This document shows, piece by piece, positions 50,085 through 63,770 of a stretch of 64,000 bases of DNA (positions are counted from its first letter, which is position 1; every line of letters begins with the position of its first letter). The stretch is from positions 65,781,364-65,845,363 of the forward strand of contig NC_068986.1 in assembly GCF_001194135.2 (NCBI RefSeq), written 5' to 3'. The translations under genes were made by a program, and so were the position numbers. Below the pieces are notes generated by a model that saw only the letters and a list, made by a program, of their open reading frames with translations, did no database searches and was not told the origin of the DNA. The DNA comes from Octopus bimaculoides. Its lineage: Eukaryota.

Positions 50085-50520
50085 GTAGTGGTGGTGGTGG
50101 TAGTGGTGGTGGTGGTGGTGGTGGTGGTGGTGGTGGTGGTGGTGAGGATGATGATAATGGTGATGATGATGATGTTGTGGTAGAACTGCTGCTGTTGTGA
50201 GGAGGATGTTTTGTCATTGTTTCAAGATGTTTCTTCAGTCCATTTGAATATCCCAGTTACCTTTGTTGGCCTGTTTTTCTCTTTTCCCTTTTCTTTCTAG
50301 CTTGTTACCTTTTGCCATTTTCTAACATTCTCATACGACATGTCTCAGTGGTTCCAAGCGGAAAGGGCCATGTCTTGGCATCATTGTCTTTTTGTTCTGT
50401 TGTAGTTGGTAAATCTCGTGGGCAGTGCATTTTGTTCTTTTTGTTACTGTTGCTTCCACTGTTGGTGTTCCTCTCGTTGTTGTCGTTGTTGTTGCTGTTG
50501 CTGTTGTCATTGTTGTTATT

Positions 50521-50565
<45 letters not shown>

Positions 50566-50566
50566 A

Positions 50567-50635
<69 letters not shown>

Positions 50636-50650
50636 TTACTGCTACTGTTA
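50085..50650. repeat. (GGT)n, (GTT)/(GCT)n and (GAT)n trinucleotide repeats
   Basis: Direct reading. Confidence 0.93.
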
Positions 50651-51859
50651 CAGCTACTTTCACAGAGTGATCATGTCCGGGATGATTTCCATACTATTTT
50701 GGTCCGTTTGGATCAGTAACTCCATTCCTTACTCTAATTATGCTTTTATGTAGCCCCTGAAACTGCGATATATTGATTTTGCTTTTTATGTTTAAGAAAA
50801 CAGCTGTTTTCAAGCTGCTGATGTTTACTTCTAGGGCCACATCAACCGCTTTTATTCTCATTACTCCTCAACCCAGTTCGTCACATTTTTGCTTTAACGT
50901 AGATTACTTCTTGGCCCCATCCTCTTACGGAAATTTCACCTCTGCCGTGCCTATTTTTTCGTAGTGAGGTTCGTTTTGATGCCAACTTTGGTCTGAGGCA
51001 ATTTCTTGTTTGTTGTGTTGCTCTCTCTATTTTCCAACTTCCATTCCTATGTATTTGTAAATAACAGTTTTGAGATTGGTTTCTTGCCGGATAGATTTTG
51101 GTATATTTGTGGTATGCTTAGATTAGACATTATTAGCATTTTTAAAATCCTGGGTGGATAAAAAATGTCTTCTTTCTGTCATACAGCATTCGCGAACCCA
51201 TTAGAAGTTGATTTCTTAATCACGTTGTTGTTCTTTTTTTATTGAGTTGGTGTTAATGTGTGGTAGTGACAGAGTTGTTAGTTGTCGTTGTATGCTGGAA
51301 TTCGCTTATCTGTTTAAAACGGCAGTTTAAGTTGTCGTCTTTCTATTTCTCATTCTCATTGCTGTCGTTGTTTGGTCGGCTCCAGTAGAGGTGGTAATGG
51401 TGGAGGTGTGCTTTGGTTTAGTATGAAGAAGGCAGCGTTAAGACAAGTATTTCAGTCTGTAATCTCGTCTCCCTGTCTTTCCGCCAAATAATCTGGCGCC
51501 ATGATTTTTTTTAATATTTAAAAGAAAATAAGTAAATTTCTTGAGTTTTAAAAGACAGTTAAAATGAAACAGAACTTAGGAGGGAATATGGAAAAGTCGA
51601 ACACATTCAAAACTAAGGTAAAATGTCGTTTCTCTCCTATGAAATTGCAGAAGAAGAATTAAGTGTAGATTTCTTCAACCACATCAAACTTACCACTTTC
51701 ACCATTTTTTACTAATACATTGGGGAGGGAGCTTCTACATGATCACTCGACCAACAAGAAATAGCAGCCAAATGTCTCTTAAATCACACGCTATCGGCTT
51801 AAAACAAAATACAGATTACCTCTTCAAATTTTTATACACTGTTCCTTACTAGATCTAAT

Positions 51860-52960
51860 GGATTCTACGTAAATTTTTCTCTTTAACAAGTTCCCCTACT
51901 TATTGTTTAAAATTGTATCTCGATTACCTATCAACAAGTTCACATACCAGCAACAATCTTTAAGAAAAAGTGCTTGACGGCAGTACGTCTTTCTCAGACC
52001 TCACATTATTTTTCATGAAATAATGGTGAAGGATTAACCAGAGAGAAACAGTACAATCCTCAGTCCTTTTCTTTACACTGACATGAAATGATAGATTATA
52101 TGTCCTTCAACTGAAACTGGTGAGAGACAATCTTCACGATGAACACGACTGACAACCACATCTACCCAACACGTGATACAAATGTTTGACAAAACTTCCT
52201 CTCCCCAGTGGGAGAACAGTGCAAAGTGGCTGAAAAAGACATTGAAAGTACATCCGCTATGGACAAAGTGTCACTCGAAAACCGTACACATCGGTCTGAA
52301 ATCAGCTTGTACGTGGTGAAAACCCGAATGTGACATTGCTGCTATAGTGACCTCTGCCATTCTCCTAAAATATTTTCTCTTCTCTTGTCTAAGAACTCCC
52401 ACTTTAGTTCTGACAACGTAACTTTCATGTTTTACATAGATGAAATCGTTCAGACACATTAATTTTGATTGCAATTCGCCTGTGATGCTTTTCCTGATAG
52501 ACACTTCAATTTACATCTACTGGCTCACCCAAACTATACCTTACTTAGTCTAATGGGTTCTACTTTAATTTTAATTCTTTTCTTTAACAAGACCCACAAC
52601 TCATCGTTTAGAATTACCGTACTCTTTTTGTACTGGGAAAGACGTATCAATTTCCAGTAATTTGGCCACTTTGTAGATAACATAAGCTTACAGTGCGTGC
52701 ACATCACAAGCTTTTGCTTTATTTAGCAAGCCAACCAGAATTATGAATGACCTATCGTATCCTATTCGCCATCTTAATAGAATCTCCTATCTAGATACAA
52801 CTTACGTGTCCTGTTGCATTTATCCAAGTCAACATCCAGCAAATCCATTCAACATCTGTTTGAGGGGATGGAACAGTAAGGAGTGGAATGTTCCTAGCAC
52901 ATTACCAGTCGACTAAAGAACCTTAGCAGGCACATCTACTTCGCCGCTCCGAAAAGTATC
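51860..52960 (-). mobile_element. Old RTE-type LINE relic (endonuclease-RT linker and RT start)
   Basis: Minus ORF 52271-52504 VLRQEKRKYFRRMAE..SGFHHVQADFRP resembles KLR.MK..WW..MAE..KAFH..LKAVFGP. DVLPSS near 52000 resembles VLPESQCGFR. Confidence 0.45.
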
Positions 52961-54279
52961 CATAAACGTCGATGAACAACACTGATAATTAAAAAAACAG
53001 ATGCGGAAAATGATGCATTAGTTTATTGTTTAAATGTCATTGCCCTCTTTTCCAATATAGCTTTATATGTTATGTATCAGTAATGGTCACACTAAACGCA
53101 GACTGGCTACCACTTTTAAACAGACAATCGGGAAGAGGTATATTCAGCCAGGTATATTGAGTCAAAATCAAAGACTTACAGACAATGATAATGTCAACGA
53201 TAGAATTCAGCGCGATATCAAAATTCGAATACGATAATTGGGCTTAACGCATAACATCTAAAAACATTGTACCAAAATTATGACAATGAAAATATATAAC
53301 TGGATTTTACTCTTCGGTTCTCGCAAATAAACAGATGTATACTGTACTACTACATTCTACTTCTAAGATGAGACTAGCACAACATGTACATATGGAAAGA
53401 AACTAGCCTGAATCGGAGAGATTCTCTGGTCCGAACAGATTAGGTTATTTAAGATGATCAATTCTTCAACTAAAAGCAGACAATATATCAGATACAAAAT
53501 ACAACAAAAACAATCAGTGATACCGATTTCAGTCACACAATTTTAGTGCACGTCTTAGATACCATTTCACTTTCCCTTAACTGTAATGAATGTGATAACT
53601 CCAGGAAGGTCTCCGGATTTTCGAAGATGTCACAGCCGTCCACAGAGCGAGCATAAGAGAGGATTTGCATAAATGCTTTCATAACAATAGGATACAAGTG
53701 AGCTATCAATGTGTAGGTGTGTGCGCGAGAATTCTATTATATAAATTACAGTCAAAATCCCATTCAAATACATCGAGTTTCGTCTCAGAAGAGTACAATA
53801 AGCTATTTACCAAGGTGGCTGCCGGAAACACACACTGAGACACACACATAAATATATCTGAGGATATGTGTGTGCGCGTGCGTGTATATATATGTGCGAG
53901 TGCGTATGTATGTATTCCAAGCGTTACTTGCTCAATAAGCAGCTTGATAATCAAGTACTTATTGAAACTAAAACAATGGCAACGTGTTATATTTCTTGTA
54001 ACCATTTAGAACACACATATACGCTTATAATCATATTTTTGTACTAATACAGTGATATAACTAAAGTTAAATCGAGTGTCTACCATGTCGTAGATCTAAG
54101 ACTTTGATACTTAAGAGAATGGAATATAAATACAAAATGAAGCAAAACTGAACATAACGGTATAAACAAAAATAGATATAATTCCAGCCGAATGACGAAT
54201 ATTTTCTTTTTAATAGTTGCCATGAAACCTCAACGACGCAATTGCTATAAACATATACGGATATATATATGTATATATA

Positions 54280-54313
<34 letters not shown>

Positions 54314-54349
54314 TGTTATAAGCATATACATATATATATATACACATTC

Positions 54350-54380
<31 letters not shown>

Positions 54381-55185
54381 TGTATGTATGTATGTATGCA
54401 TGTATGTAAAACTTCTTTACATTGCAGATCTGATTTTCTCGTTGGCAGTTATTCAAATGATTGAAGTACAGAGGCAGCGTGACAGTATATAAGGAAAAAT
54501 ATTCACAAAAGTATCGGAATATCTTCATGTTTTCACTGGCAATCAATCAAATCATTATGATTTGTTTAGTTGCCCAACAAACTGCAAGAAAATACATTTC
54601 ACATTCTTCTATGCAGAAAATGGTCTCTTTTTATCTAGTCACGTCCAAAAATACTAAATCTATTCTTGAATGGGCTAAACGAAGATCTAGAGTTAATGAA
54701 TAAATAAATGGCTTATTTTTAATTATATAATCGCATTTCTAATCATAGCAAAACCATTTAATAAGAAAGTATTTTGGTCAGTTGGTAGATTCACAATATA
54801 GAATAACTATCAAAATATGAAATTTCGGAGGAGTGGTTTTATTTATTTATCATCAAAATTAAAAAAACAAAAACAAAATGTATTTATATGGTATACTTTC
54901 CAAGAGGCAAAGGTCATATTTACAACCATTAATGTAATAATTTACAGTTGTTAATTATATCAGCCTCAAAAGTTCAGATATGCATGGTCAGTGAAATTGT
55001 GCGGCAAATTTCTAGGTATTTAGATGTACGTGTCACATGATCTGAGTGAACGGAGGTGGATAGCTCATATTCTGCACATGACAATAAAAAAGAGGAACAG
55101 GTAATGCATTTCAGAACGCTTTCTTGGTAATTAAACGCATCTCGAAGATAAATAATAGTGTATTGTATTTGCAAATATTTATGCT

Positions 55186-55218
<33 letters not shown>

Positions 55219-56046
55219 NNNNNNNNNNNNNNNNNNNNNNNNNNNNNNNNNNNNNNNNNNNNNNNNNNNNNNNNNNNNNNNNNNNNNNNNNNNNNNNNNN
55301 NNNNNNNNNNNNNNNNNNNNNNNNNNNNNNNNNNNNNNNNNNNNNNNNNNNNNNNNNNNNNNNNNNNNNNNNNNNNNNNNNNNNNNNNNNNNNNNNNNNN
55401 NNNNNNNNNNNNNNNNNNNNNNNNNNNNNNNNNNNNNNNNNNNNNNNNNNNNNNNNNNNNNNNNNNNNNNNNNNNNNNNNNNNNNNNNNNNNNNNNNNNN
55501 NNNNNNNNNNNNNNNNNNNNNNNNNNNNNNNNNNNNNNNNNNNNNNNNNNNNNNNNNNNNNNNNNNNNNNNNNNNNNNNNNNNNNNNNNNNNNNNNNNNN
55601 NNNNNNNNNNNNNNNNNNNNNNNNNNNNNNNNNNNNNNNNNNNNNNNNNNNNNNNNNNNNNNNNNNNNNNNNNNNNNNNNNNNNNNNNNNNNNNNNNNNN
55701 NNNNNNNNNNNNNNNNNNNNNNNNNNNNNNNNNNNNNNNNNNNTTTCCTGTCTTGTTTTGTGTCCGCCACTACATTCCTCCATGGCAAGATTTAATTTGT
55801 GTATACAAATTTAATTTGCGGTCCATGGGAAGAGCCGTTTTAACGATGCGTCCTGCCCAGCTTTTCGAAACGTCCGTGTTAAAATGGGGGTAGCAGATGA
55901 AGTAGAATGTTCTCTATGTGGCTTGTGTGTTTTCTCGTCTACGTTTTGTTTGCAATGTCCTGTACCCAGATATACACCTATACATGCAGGTAGATGTCGG
56001 TATGCACATACCTGTACGTATATATGCATATACTCATTTACTATTT

Positions 56047-56086
<40 letters not shown>

Positions 56087-56469
56087 ATTATAAACACACA
56101 TTTATCCGTATGTATATATATAATGCGCTCTACTGAACCAGAAAGTAACAAAAGTAAGTCAGTCAAAAACGTCTCTTTGTTCTATTATGTCTCTTTGAAG
56201 GTTCAGATGATTATAAAGTCTCAGATAATTGATATTGTTTTATTGTTTTTTTCTGTCACAACAAACTATGTGCTGTTTAGATAAGCAATGAAATAAGGAC
56301 AGACGAGAATGCTATGTGAAGTAAGTTTACGTTCTTATCAGATAATTGTATCGGTTGGATAGGAAGGGGACACGTCTTCAGCTTGAGAGGAATTACGATA
56401 ATTTCTTCCTTAAATTCCAGTTGTACCACTGTCTTCAAATATTTGTTTAATTATATGTATTTATATATG

Positions 56470-56512
<43 letters not shown>

Positions 56513-56916
56513 NNNNNNNNNNNNNNNNNNNNNNNNNNNNNNNNNNNNNNNNNNNNNNNNNNNNNNNNNNNNNNNNNNNNNNNNNNNNNNNNNNNNNNNN
56601 NNNNNNNNNNNNNNNNNNNNNNNNNNNNNNNNNNNNNNNNNNNNNNNNNNNNNNNNNNNNNNNNNNNNNNNNNNNNNNNNNNNNNNNNNNNNNNNNNNNN
56701 NNNNNNNNNNNNNNNNNNNNNNNNNNNNNNNNNNNNNNNNNNNNNNNNNNNNNNNNNNNNNNNNNNNNNNNNNNNNNNNNNNNNNNNNNNNNNNNNNNNN
56801 NNNNNNNNNNNNNNNNNNNNNNNNNNNNNNNNNNNNNNNNNNNNNNNNNNNNNNNNNNNNNNNNNNNNNNNNNNNNNNNNNNNNNNNNNNNNNNNNNNNN
56901 NNNNNNNNNNNNNNNN

Positions 56917-56958
<42 letters not shown>

Positions 56959-58273
56959 TAAACAGCAATGTCCAAATACAGACATACACGCATAGTTACA
57001 TTTGTAAAATAGCTATATAAATAAATAACTTTTGAATGGCCTCCGCACGAGAGACTAATTTCAAAAGGAAAAGGTATTTTTAAAAAACATATGAAAGAAA
57101 AATAAATACATTAGGATATGTAGCAAATTCTATGTATATTAATCATTATCACCAAAGCTGTATGCTCCCATGAAAGTTTTCGGTAAATCTGTTAATAAGT
57201 TTTAAAAAATTAAAATGAAACAAAAAATAATTAGAAAATATATAGGAATATTCCATACTAATAATGATCAAAGCCATCCCAACATTCTAGCGTGAATAAA
57301 GCAATTATACCGAGAAACCCCTTCTGCTATTTCTTTTTCTTTATATAATATCTTTTATTTCTTTTTCTTTATTCTCTCTATTTTGTTTTCTCTAGCTTTC
57401 TCTCGTTTTACTTTCACTTTTACTTTCTCCACTTTTGTTTTGTATTTTTTACTCCGTTGGGAAATATTTGTTATTTGGAGGGTAGGTGGGATGAAGCACA
57501 TACGTCTTCTTTCCACTCCTCTCCTGAAAAAGGCAGTAGATAAAGCAAGAAATACTGCAGTGTTTATGTGTGTAGTGAGAGTTAGATGAAATTACTTTAA
57601 TTATGAATCTAATCAAGAGATTTCTTCAGCACACACCCTCCTCCGTTTCTCTCCATTTCTCTGTCTCTTTATTTGTCTTAATCTCTGTATCTCCTTTATT
57701 TGAATATATTTTTCGTTTATTTGTATTTTAAAATTTCTTTTGTTATCATTTGTTAACATTTTTTTTCTTTTAAGGAAGTAACTTTGGGGAATTTTCCAGA
57801 ATATACTGAAATACATTAATTAAAAGCTGTAACAAAAGAAGCCAGTTGAAAATTCAACAATATACATTTATATTATTCACTTAAGTCGATTGAAAATATA
57901 AAAAATAATTATCGTAAATAAGGTAAGTAGTTGTATTTTACATTTAATGTCCTAATGCATTAGTCTACAGGGGTCATAAACACGTTGAACAAGTGAACAA
58001 AAGTCTAATGCACCTGTGAAAATTTTAAATAGCTCATATAGCTTTTAGAATGGTGATGTATGTTGGAGTGTACTTAAAAGTTCTTCGTCAGATTCATCAC
58101 ATTTACGAAGAGATGAGTAATTTCGAAATACGAATTACCACAAGATATTTTTTATTTTTTGTCGGTTAAACCCGTTGTGGTACTTGTCACGGTATATACG
58201 CACATGAGCACACACACACACACACACACAAACATACACACACACTCGCACACATAGTTACACACGTATGTAC

Positions 58274-58353
<80 letters not shown>

Positions 58354-58479
58354 ATATATATACAAACATGCATATATATATATATATATATACAGGGATA
58401 TTCACCAATAGCAGTTGTACATCTAACTGTACACACAGTACAGCACACATTCACACACACACACATATACAGATGTATA

Positions 58480-58518
<39 letters not shown>

Positions 58519-58829
58519 GGCCCAGAGAGGTAGACTATTGAAATTGCAAGAGAGTCGGATGAGAAACTTTGTGGTATTTGTCCTAGCATTCTGGGTTTCG
58601 AATCCTTACGTAGTAGACTTAATTCATCACTCACTTTAATACATTCACCCCTTGTTCTTGGGAGCCTTTCTCGAAGTTCACACTGTAGCCAAAGTTTGGG
58701 TTACATTTTGGGTTTGAATATAGCTACCTTTCTAACTCTCATTAGCTTCGAAGCCCAGAACAGGCAAAGAATGATGGGTACACACCTTTCTACATTGACG
58801 AAGGATAAAAGAATTTCGAAATCATAATA

Positions 58830-58900
58830 GATCGATCGATCGATCGATCGATCGATAGATAGATAGATAGATAGATGGATTGATGGATGGATGGATGGAT
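58830..58900. repeat. Compound (GATC)6-(GATA)n-(GATG)n tetranucleotide repeat
   Basis: Direct reading. Confidence 0.95.
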
Positions 58901-58914
58901 AGTTTTTGTCATTT

Positions 58915-59335
58915 GTTCCCTATACACGTTTCGCAATTGTAGCTACTTGCATCTTCTGCAGTGTTTGTTCATAGTCTATTTATTTGCAGGCTTAGAACGG
59001 TTTTTCAGGGAAACTCTTGATTACATTATGTAAACACAGAACAGATGCTTATCATAAGAGAAGTCTTTCTTTTAAATATGTTGAGATAAAGGAGAAAGAA
59101 AGATATAGCAAAGGAAAAAGAAGTAAAGGAAAAGAATGAAACAGAGAGGGGAAAGAAAAAGCATAAAAGGAAACGGGCAAGAAAGAGAGATAATACATGT
59201 TGGGAATAATAGCGGTGTCAGCTTTGGATAGGTTTTAAGGTACAAATCTCGTAAATGCCCTGGAATTTGAATATTGAAACAGTTATATACATCCAAGAAT
59301 ACAAACAGATAAATTGGTAATGTCCTTACATTTGT
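58915..59335 (-). mobile_element. Possible Penelope-like 3' relic: endonuclease-end-like peptide, pyrimidine-rich tail, hammerhead-like motif
   Basis: Minus strand: ..LRDLYLKTYPKL.. (weakly like RE..YI....PKLN), then a T/C-rich tract, then CAGAAGA T GCAA..TTGC GAAA CG T. Confidence 0.4.
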
Positions 59336-60029
59336 TAGAGAACGCGACTTACTGACTTTCTTGTAAATGGTCTCAGCTTAATGTATCCCACTCATTTAGG
59401 TGTATATAAAATTTGTAAAAGTGCTAACAACTAGGTGGATGTAATTCAGGCGGGCAAAATGGAAAAGGTGTTGCTCCAGAGGCTGGCAAGGGAGAAGCAC
59501 TGGAACAGCCACTATCTATGACTCACGGGGCTCACAATTTTTAACTAACATCGTGTACGGAAGAATATACCAGGCCACAGTACGGTTCCTAGTCCTTTTT
59601 TTTTTTTTCGCCATACTCATGTAATGGTTTTCCAAGATACTGCCATTGTTTGCGTATCTCTAGTTGGCTTTCATAAGATTTATAACAGGCTAAACATTGA
59701 TACGTTTTTTATCCATCAGCTGGTAATTTCTTATCTTGGATATTCCGTTTTTACAGCAGATGAGTATATTCTGGATATTGTTGGGTTTTCTCCTATTGGA
59801 GTTTAAGTTACACTTTGATAGTCCTAAAAGTGAAACGATTGTTTGTTCTGTGGTGTTTTCCTTTACCTGCATTATTTTATTTGCTTCGTTTTATGGTTCT
59901 TCTTAGTCGGTGTCTTAACAATTATATCATGTGTATCGTTTTTATTTTTATTGATTAGGGTTTTTAATTCAGTGCGTCAATGTATTTGATCAGATCAAAA
60001 TTATTCGAAATGTTAAAGAAATACTTGAA

Positions 60030-60720
60030 GTTGCAGAACATAAAAAATGACTGATAAAGCTACTAGTGCTTAATAGAGGCTGTTACTAATTATACTGAAG
60101 ACCTGCAGAAAATAATTGCTGGATAGGGCTACACACCAGAGTAAGTATACAATGTTAATAAAACTGTATTTTTCTAGAAGCGTATCCTCGCGAGAACTTT
60201 TATTTCTCATGAAAAATTAATCGGCACCAGGATTCAAAGCTTCAAAAAGTCATCTGACGCTTCTTCTGCAAGAAAAGGCTACTTCTGGATGAAGATCAGC
60301 ATATCAGATGCTGGGAATAACATAACTGAGCCATGGGATGAAATGAAACCCTCAAATTTGGATGGTGTTTGGAAAGAATATAAGGCCATAATGTATCTTT
60401 ACAAGTTCTTTACAAGTAGAAGGTCTACGTCAAATTCGAAAAGATGTGACACCGGCAAAATTTGTAGGTTTGAAGACGCCATAGATGAAGTGGTTGACTC
60501 GTTAGTGCCCCATAGAGAAAGTTTATCTAATGAGGAAGCTGATGCTGTTAGACCAGGAACAAAGTGAGAATACAGATGAGAATAAGGAAATTCCAACAGC
60601 TCCAATTAAATTTTCTGCAAAGTATAATATACTGCTGAAGGTTTGGCACTTATAGAGGAAAATCTGCTTATGTTTGCTGATAACGACTCCCATTGTGAAC
60701 GATGCTAAGCTTTTTAAACT
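60030..60720 (+). mobile_element. Tigger/pogo-like transposase relic with most of the DDE core deleted
   Basis: TEDLQKIIAG*GYTPE*VYNVNKTVFF*KRILARTFISHEK..APGFKASK.HLTLLL joined to FWMKISISDAGNNITEPWDEMKPSNLDGVWK, then LVPHRESLSNEE. Confidence 0.82.
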
Positions 60721-61023
60721 TCACTGGTAATAAAAAAAAAATACATGACGTGCATATAATGATCTCCGTTCCTGTGCTGAGTTGTTGAGGATTATAAGCT
60801 TTAAACATTAAACTACTCTGGAGAAGTTCTTCTCCACTCCAGTAGTTGTTAAATATAAACTATTAGAAGGTAACCCCAGTAGTTTTCATTCCACCACCAT
60901 CTCTCACAGTAATCAAGTCATTTCACATTATGGAATCACACGCTAGAACAAACTTTTCATAAGTCGAGAGATTCCTGTATATACTTGTACAGTATGTGTA
61001 CAGTATCAGGTGCGTAACACTGC

Positions 61024-61269
<246 letters not shown>

Positions 61270-61965
61270 TGTTTACATGAAATTTTTAGACTAGCACACA
61301 CACAAGCATACACACATACTCTCATACACACATTCGCATACACAAATACTAGTTCTATGTCAAGAAACCTGGAAACTTGGAAATGGACTTTTCTATGTAA
61401 TTGATGGTTAGCTACGAACGAACGTAGATACCGGATTTCGCCGAATTACACAAACCACGTACATTGAAAAACAGAATAAACTTCGTTAACATTGAAATGG
61501 AAAACTAAATGACGTAGTCAATCTGGATTGCCAATTAATCTGTTCAAAGAGTTCGAGCTATTAAACACAAGCTTGAAAGTATTAACTTGTTAACATTAAA
61601 ACTTCACGAGGAGTCAAGGACTCCCAACTCTATCTGCAATAGCAAAACTCTTCACAGATAAATATAAAAAAAGATATATGTAATTTATGAAATAAATTAA
61701 AACTTCATAAAACAGCTTTATGTCGCAACAAATCTTGGCAAGGAACAACATCGATAACAAACTGAAATACATGAAACTACAAACGTCAAAAGATGCTAAA
61801 CAAATACGAAAATATGGACTAATCCTTCATACAGCATGTATATAACAAGGGTCTTCATAATATTGATAAATACATTCATACATCTTATTTCACATAGACC
61901 TCATACACAATTTACTTGAAGTTCTGTTGAAGTTATGGTTGTCTGGGCAATATAGAGTCACAAAT

Positions 61966-62132
61966 CAAGGCGGTGATCTGGCATAATCGCTACCGCACCG
62001 GATAAAAATGCTTAGCGGTATTTTTTCTGACTTCACTTGGGGAGTTCAAATGCCGCCGGGGTCGACTTTGCCTTTCATCTTTTCGGAGTCGTCCTCCGAA
62101 ATTGCTGGCCTTGTGCCAAAATTTGAAACTAA
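61966..62132 (+). mobile_element. Family A SINE with internal deletion
   Basis: CAAGGCGGTGATCTGGCATAATCG..GTTCAAATGCCGCCGGGGTCGACTTTGCCTTTCATC..GAAATTGCTGGCCTTGTGCCAAAATTTGAAAC. Confidence 0.85.
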
Positions 62133-62521
62133 TATAAAGTCACAAATCTTCAAGTGTAATAAAAGGAAAAAAAGAATAAATGGAACTGTAGAAATATAGT
62201 AAACTGCATCAACATTTAAACATGAGTGCTGAAAGAGCTAGTAGACAGAACTCACGTAAAAATAGTAAATAGCATGGAGAATACATATAATTGAAAATAC
62301 TGATAAAACTCGATATACACTCCATATTCTTTCGGTCAGATACAGGAGCAAAAGCATTTCCGCTTTCATGTCAAAATGCATTTGACATCAAAAAGCCAGA
62401 AAGAACATAGCACAACGTATGAAATGCGGCTGAAATATCAAATTCACAGAACAATCGTCACAGTCAAACCATATACAACTCATAAATTAAAGCTATCAAA
62501 TATACCAACCAATATTTTGAA

Positions 62522-62668
62522 TGTGTGATTCAAATCCTGCTGAGGTCGAATTTGCCTGTCATCCTTTTGGGATCGATAAGATAAGTACCAGTTGAGTACT
62601 GGGATCCATGTAATCGACTTATCTCCTCCCCTGAAATTACTGGCCTTGTACCAAAATTTGAAATCGAT
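62522..62668 (+). mobile_element. Family A SINE, 5'-truncated
   Basis: TTCAAATCCTGCTGAGGTCGAATTTGCC..AAGTACCAGTTGAGTACTGGG..GGCCTTGTACCAAAATTTGAAA. Confidence 0.85.
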
Positions 62669-63189
62669 ATTTTGTATACGAGAGGGAAAATATTTTTCTT
62701 TTTTTCTTACTCAGGAAAAATTCACATATCAAACATCAGTGTACTGGGGGTACATTAGAAACATAAACGGTCGAACAAATTAACTGAGATTCAGGGTAAG
62801 ACGTGACATTTGATACTAAAATGTTAATTCCAAAATTATAGTTCAATAAAAAGAAGTGTTATCTTCCTTTAAGGTGTCCCCCTTTAAAAGAATAATGTCC
62901 TCCTAACAGCTGAACAATGTTTAACGTTAGTTATCGAATTCGATTTGAAGTAATTCTACATATTATATGTGGAATATACACGACAGCCAAAGAAATGGTT
63001 ATGTCTTGACGCAATCTTAGATTTTCAAATTGTTTCCATCTCTGATCTTTGGCTGTAGACACAAACTGATCACCTGAAATAATCTAGAAACTACGAGTAG
63101 TGACATAAAGTCGAGTACATTAACTAAGCATACTTGAAAACATGTATTGAGTTCTCTAACTTCATTCGTTTTAAAATTATATATATATA

Positions 63190-63300
63190 TATCCGTTTTC
63201 CCCTCTCTCCATCTATTTTCTCTCTTCTTTCCTTTCTGAAGACAGAAGAGCGTAGGCTCGAAACGTAGAAGATTTCTTCCATTGTTCTCTCACCTGTTTC
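63190..63300 (+). mobile_element. Penelope-like tail relic with hammerhead-like motif
   Basis: Pyrimidine tract followed by CTTT CTGAAGA CAGAA GAGC GTAG GCTC GAAA CG TA GAAG. Confidence 0.5.
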
Positions 63301-63318
63301 TTTCTTTTGGGATTTTTG

Positions 63319-63770
63319 TATTCTTTTATTCTGGAGCAACGCCTTTAGTCTAACAGGACTTATTCTTTGTAAGCCTAGTACTTATTTCATCGGTTTCTTT
63401 TGCCGAACCGATATGTTACGGAGACGTAAACACACCAACATCGGTTGTGTGTGTGTGTGTGTGTGTGTGACTGTGTTTGTCCTCCCACCGTCGCTTGACA
63501 GCCGATGTTGGTGTGTTTACGTCTCCGTAACATAGCGGTTCGGCAAAAGAAACCGATAAAATAAGTACTAGGCTTACAAGAATAAGTCCAAAGAATAAGT
63601 CGTATATATATATATATACGACGGGCTTTTTTCAGTTTCCGTCCACCAAATCCACTCACAAGGCTTTAGTCGGCCCGATGCTATACTAGAAGACACTTGC
63701 CCAAGGTGTCACGCAGTGGGACTGAACCCGGAACCTTGTGGTTGGTAAGTAAGGTACGTACCATACAGCC
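63319..63770 (-). mobile_element. Family B SINE containing an internal inverted duplication
   Basis: Head at 63770-63618, central (TA)/(CA) repeats, tail ending GGCGTTGCTCCAGAATAAAAGAATA. 63499-63589 is an inverted copy of 63356-63447. Confidence 0.88.

Noticed and set aside
50880-51500. Possible LINE ORF1/5' end on the minus strand
   Set aside because: Only vague resemblance (GTAEVKFP). No diagnostic motif I can defend.
54980-55112. Candidate exon ending AACAG|GTAATG (YVSHDLSERRWIAHIL, faintly TIR-like)
   Set aside because: Weak acceptor, ambiguous frame, and no convincing homology.
56414-56432. 14-nt match (CAGTTGTACCACTG) to my recollection of molluscan miR-1992
   Set aside because: The 5' seed region does not match and no precursor hairpin is evident.
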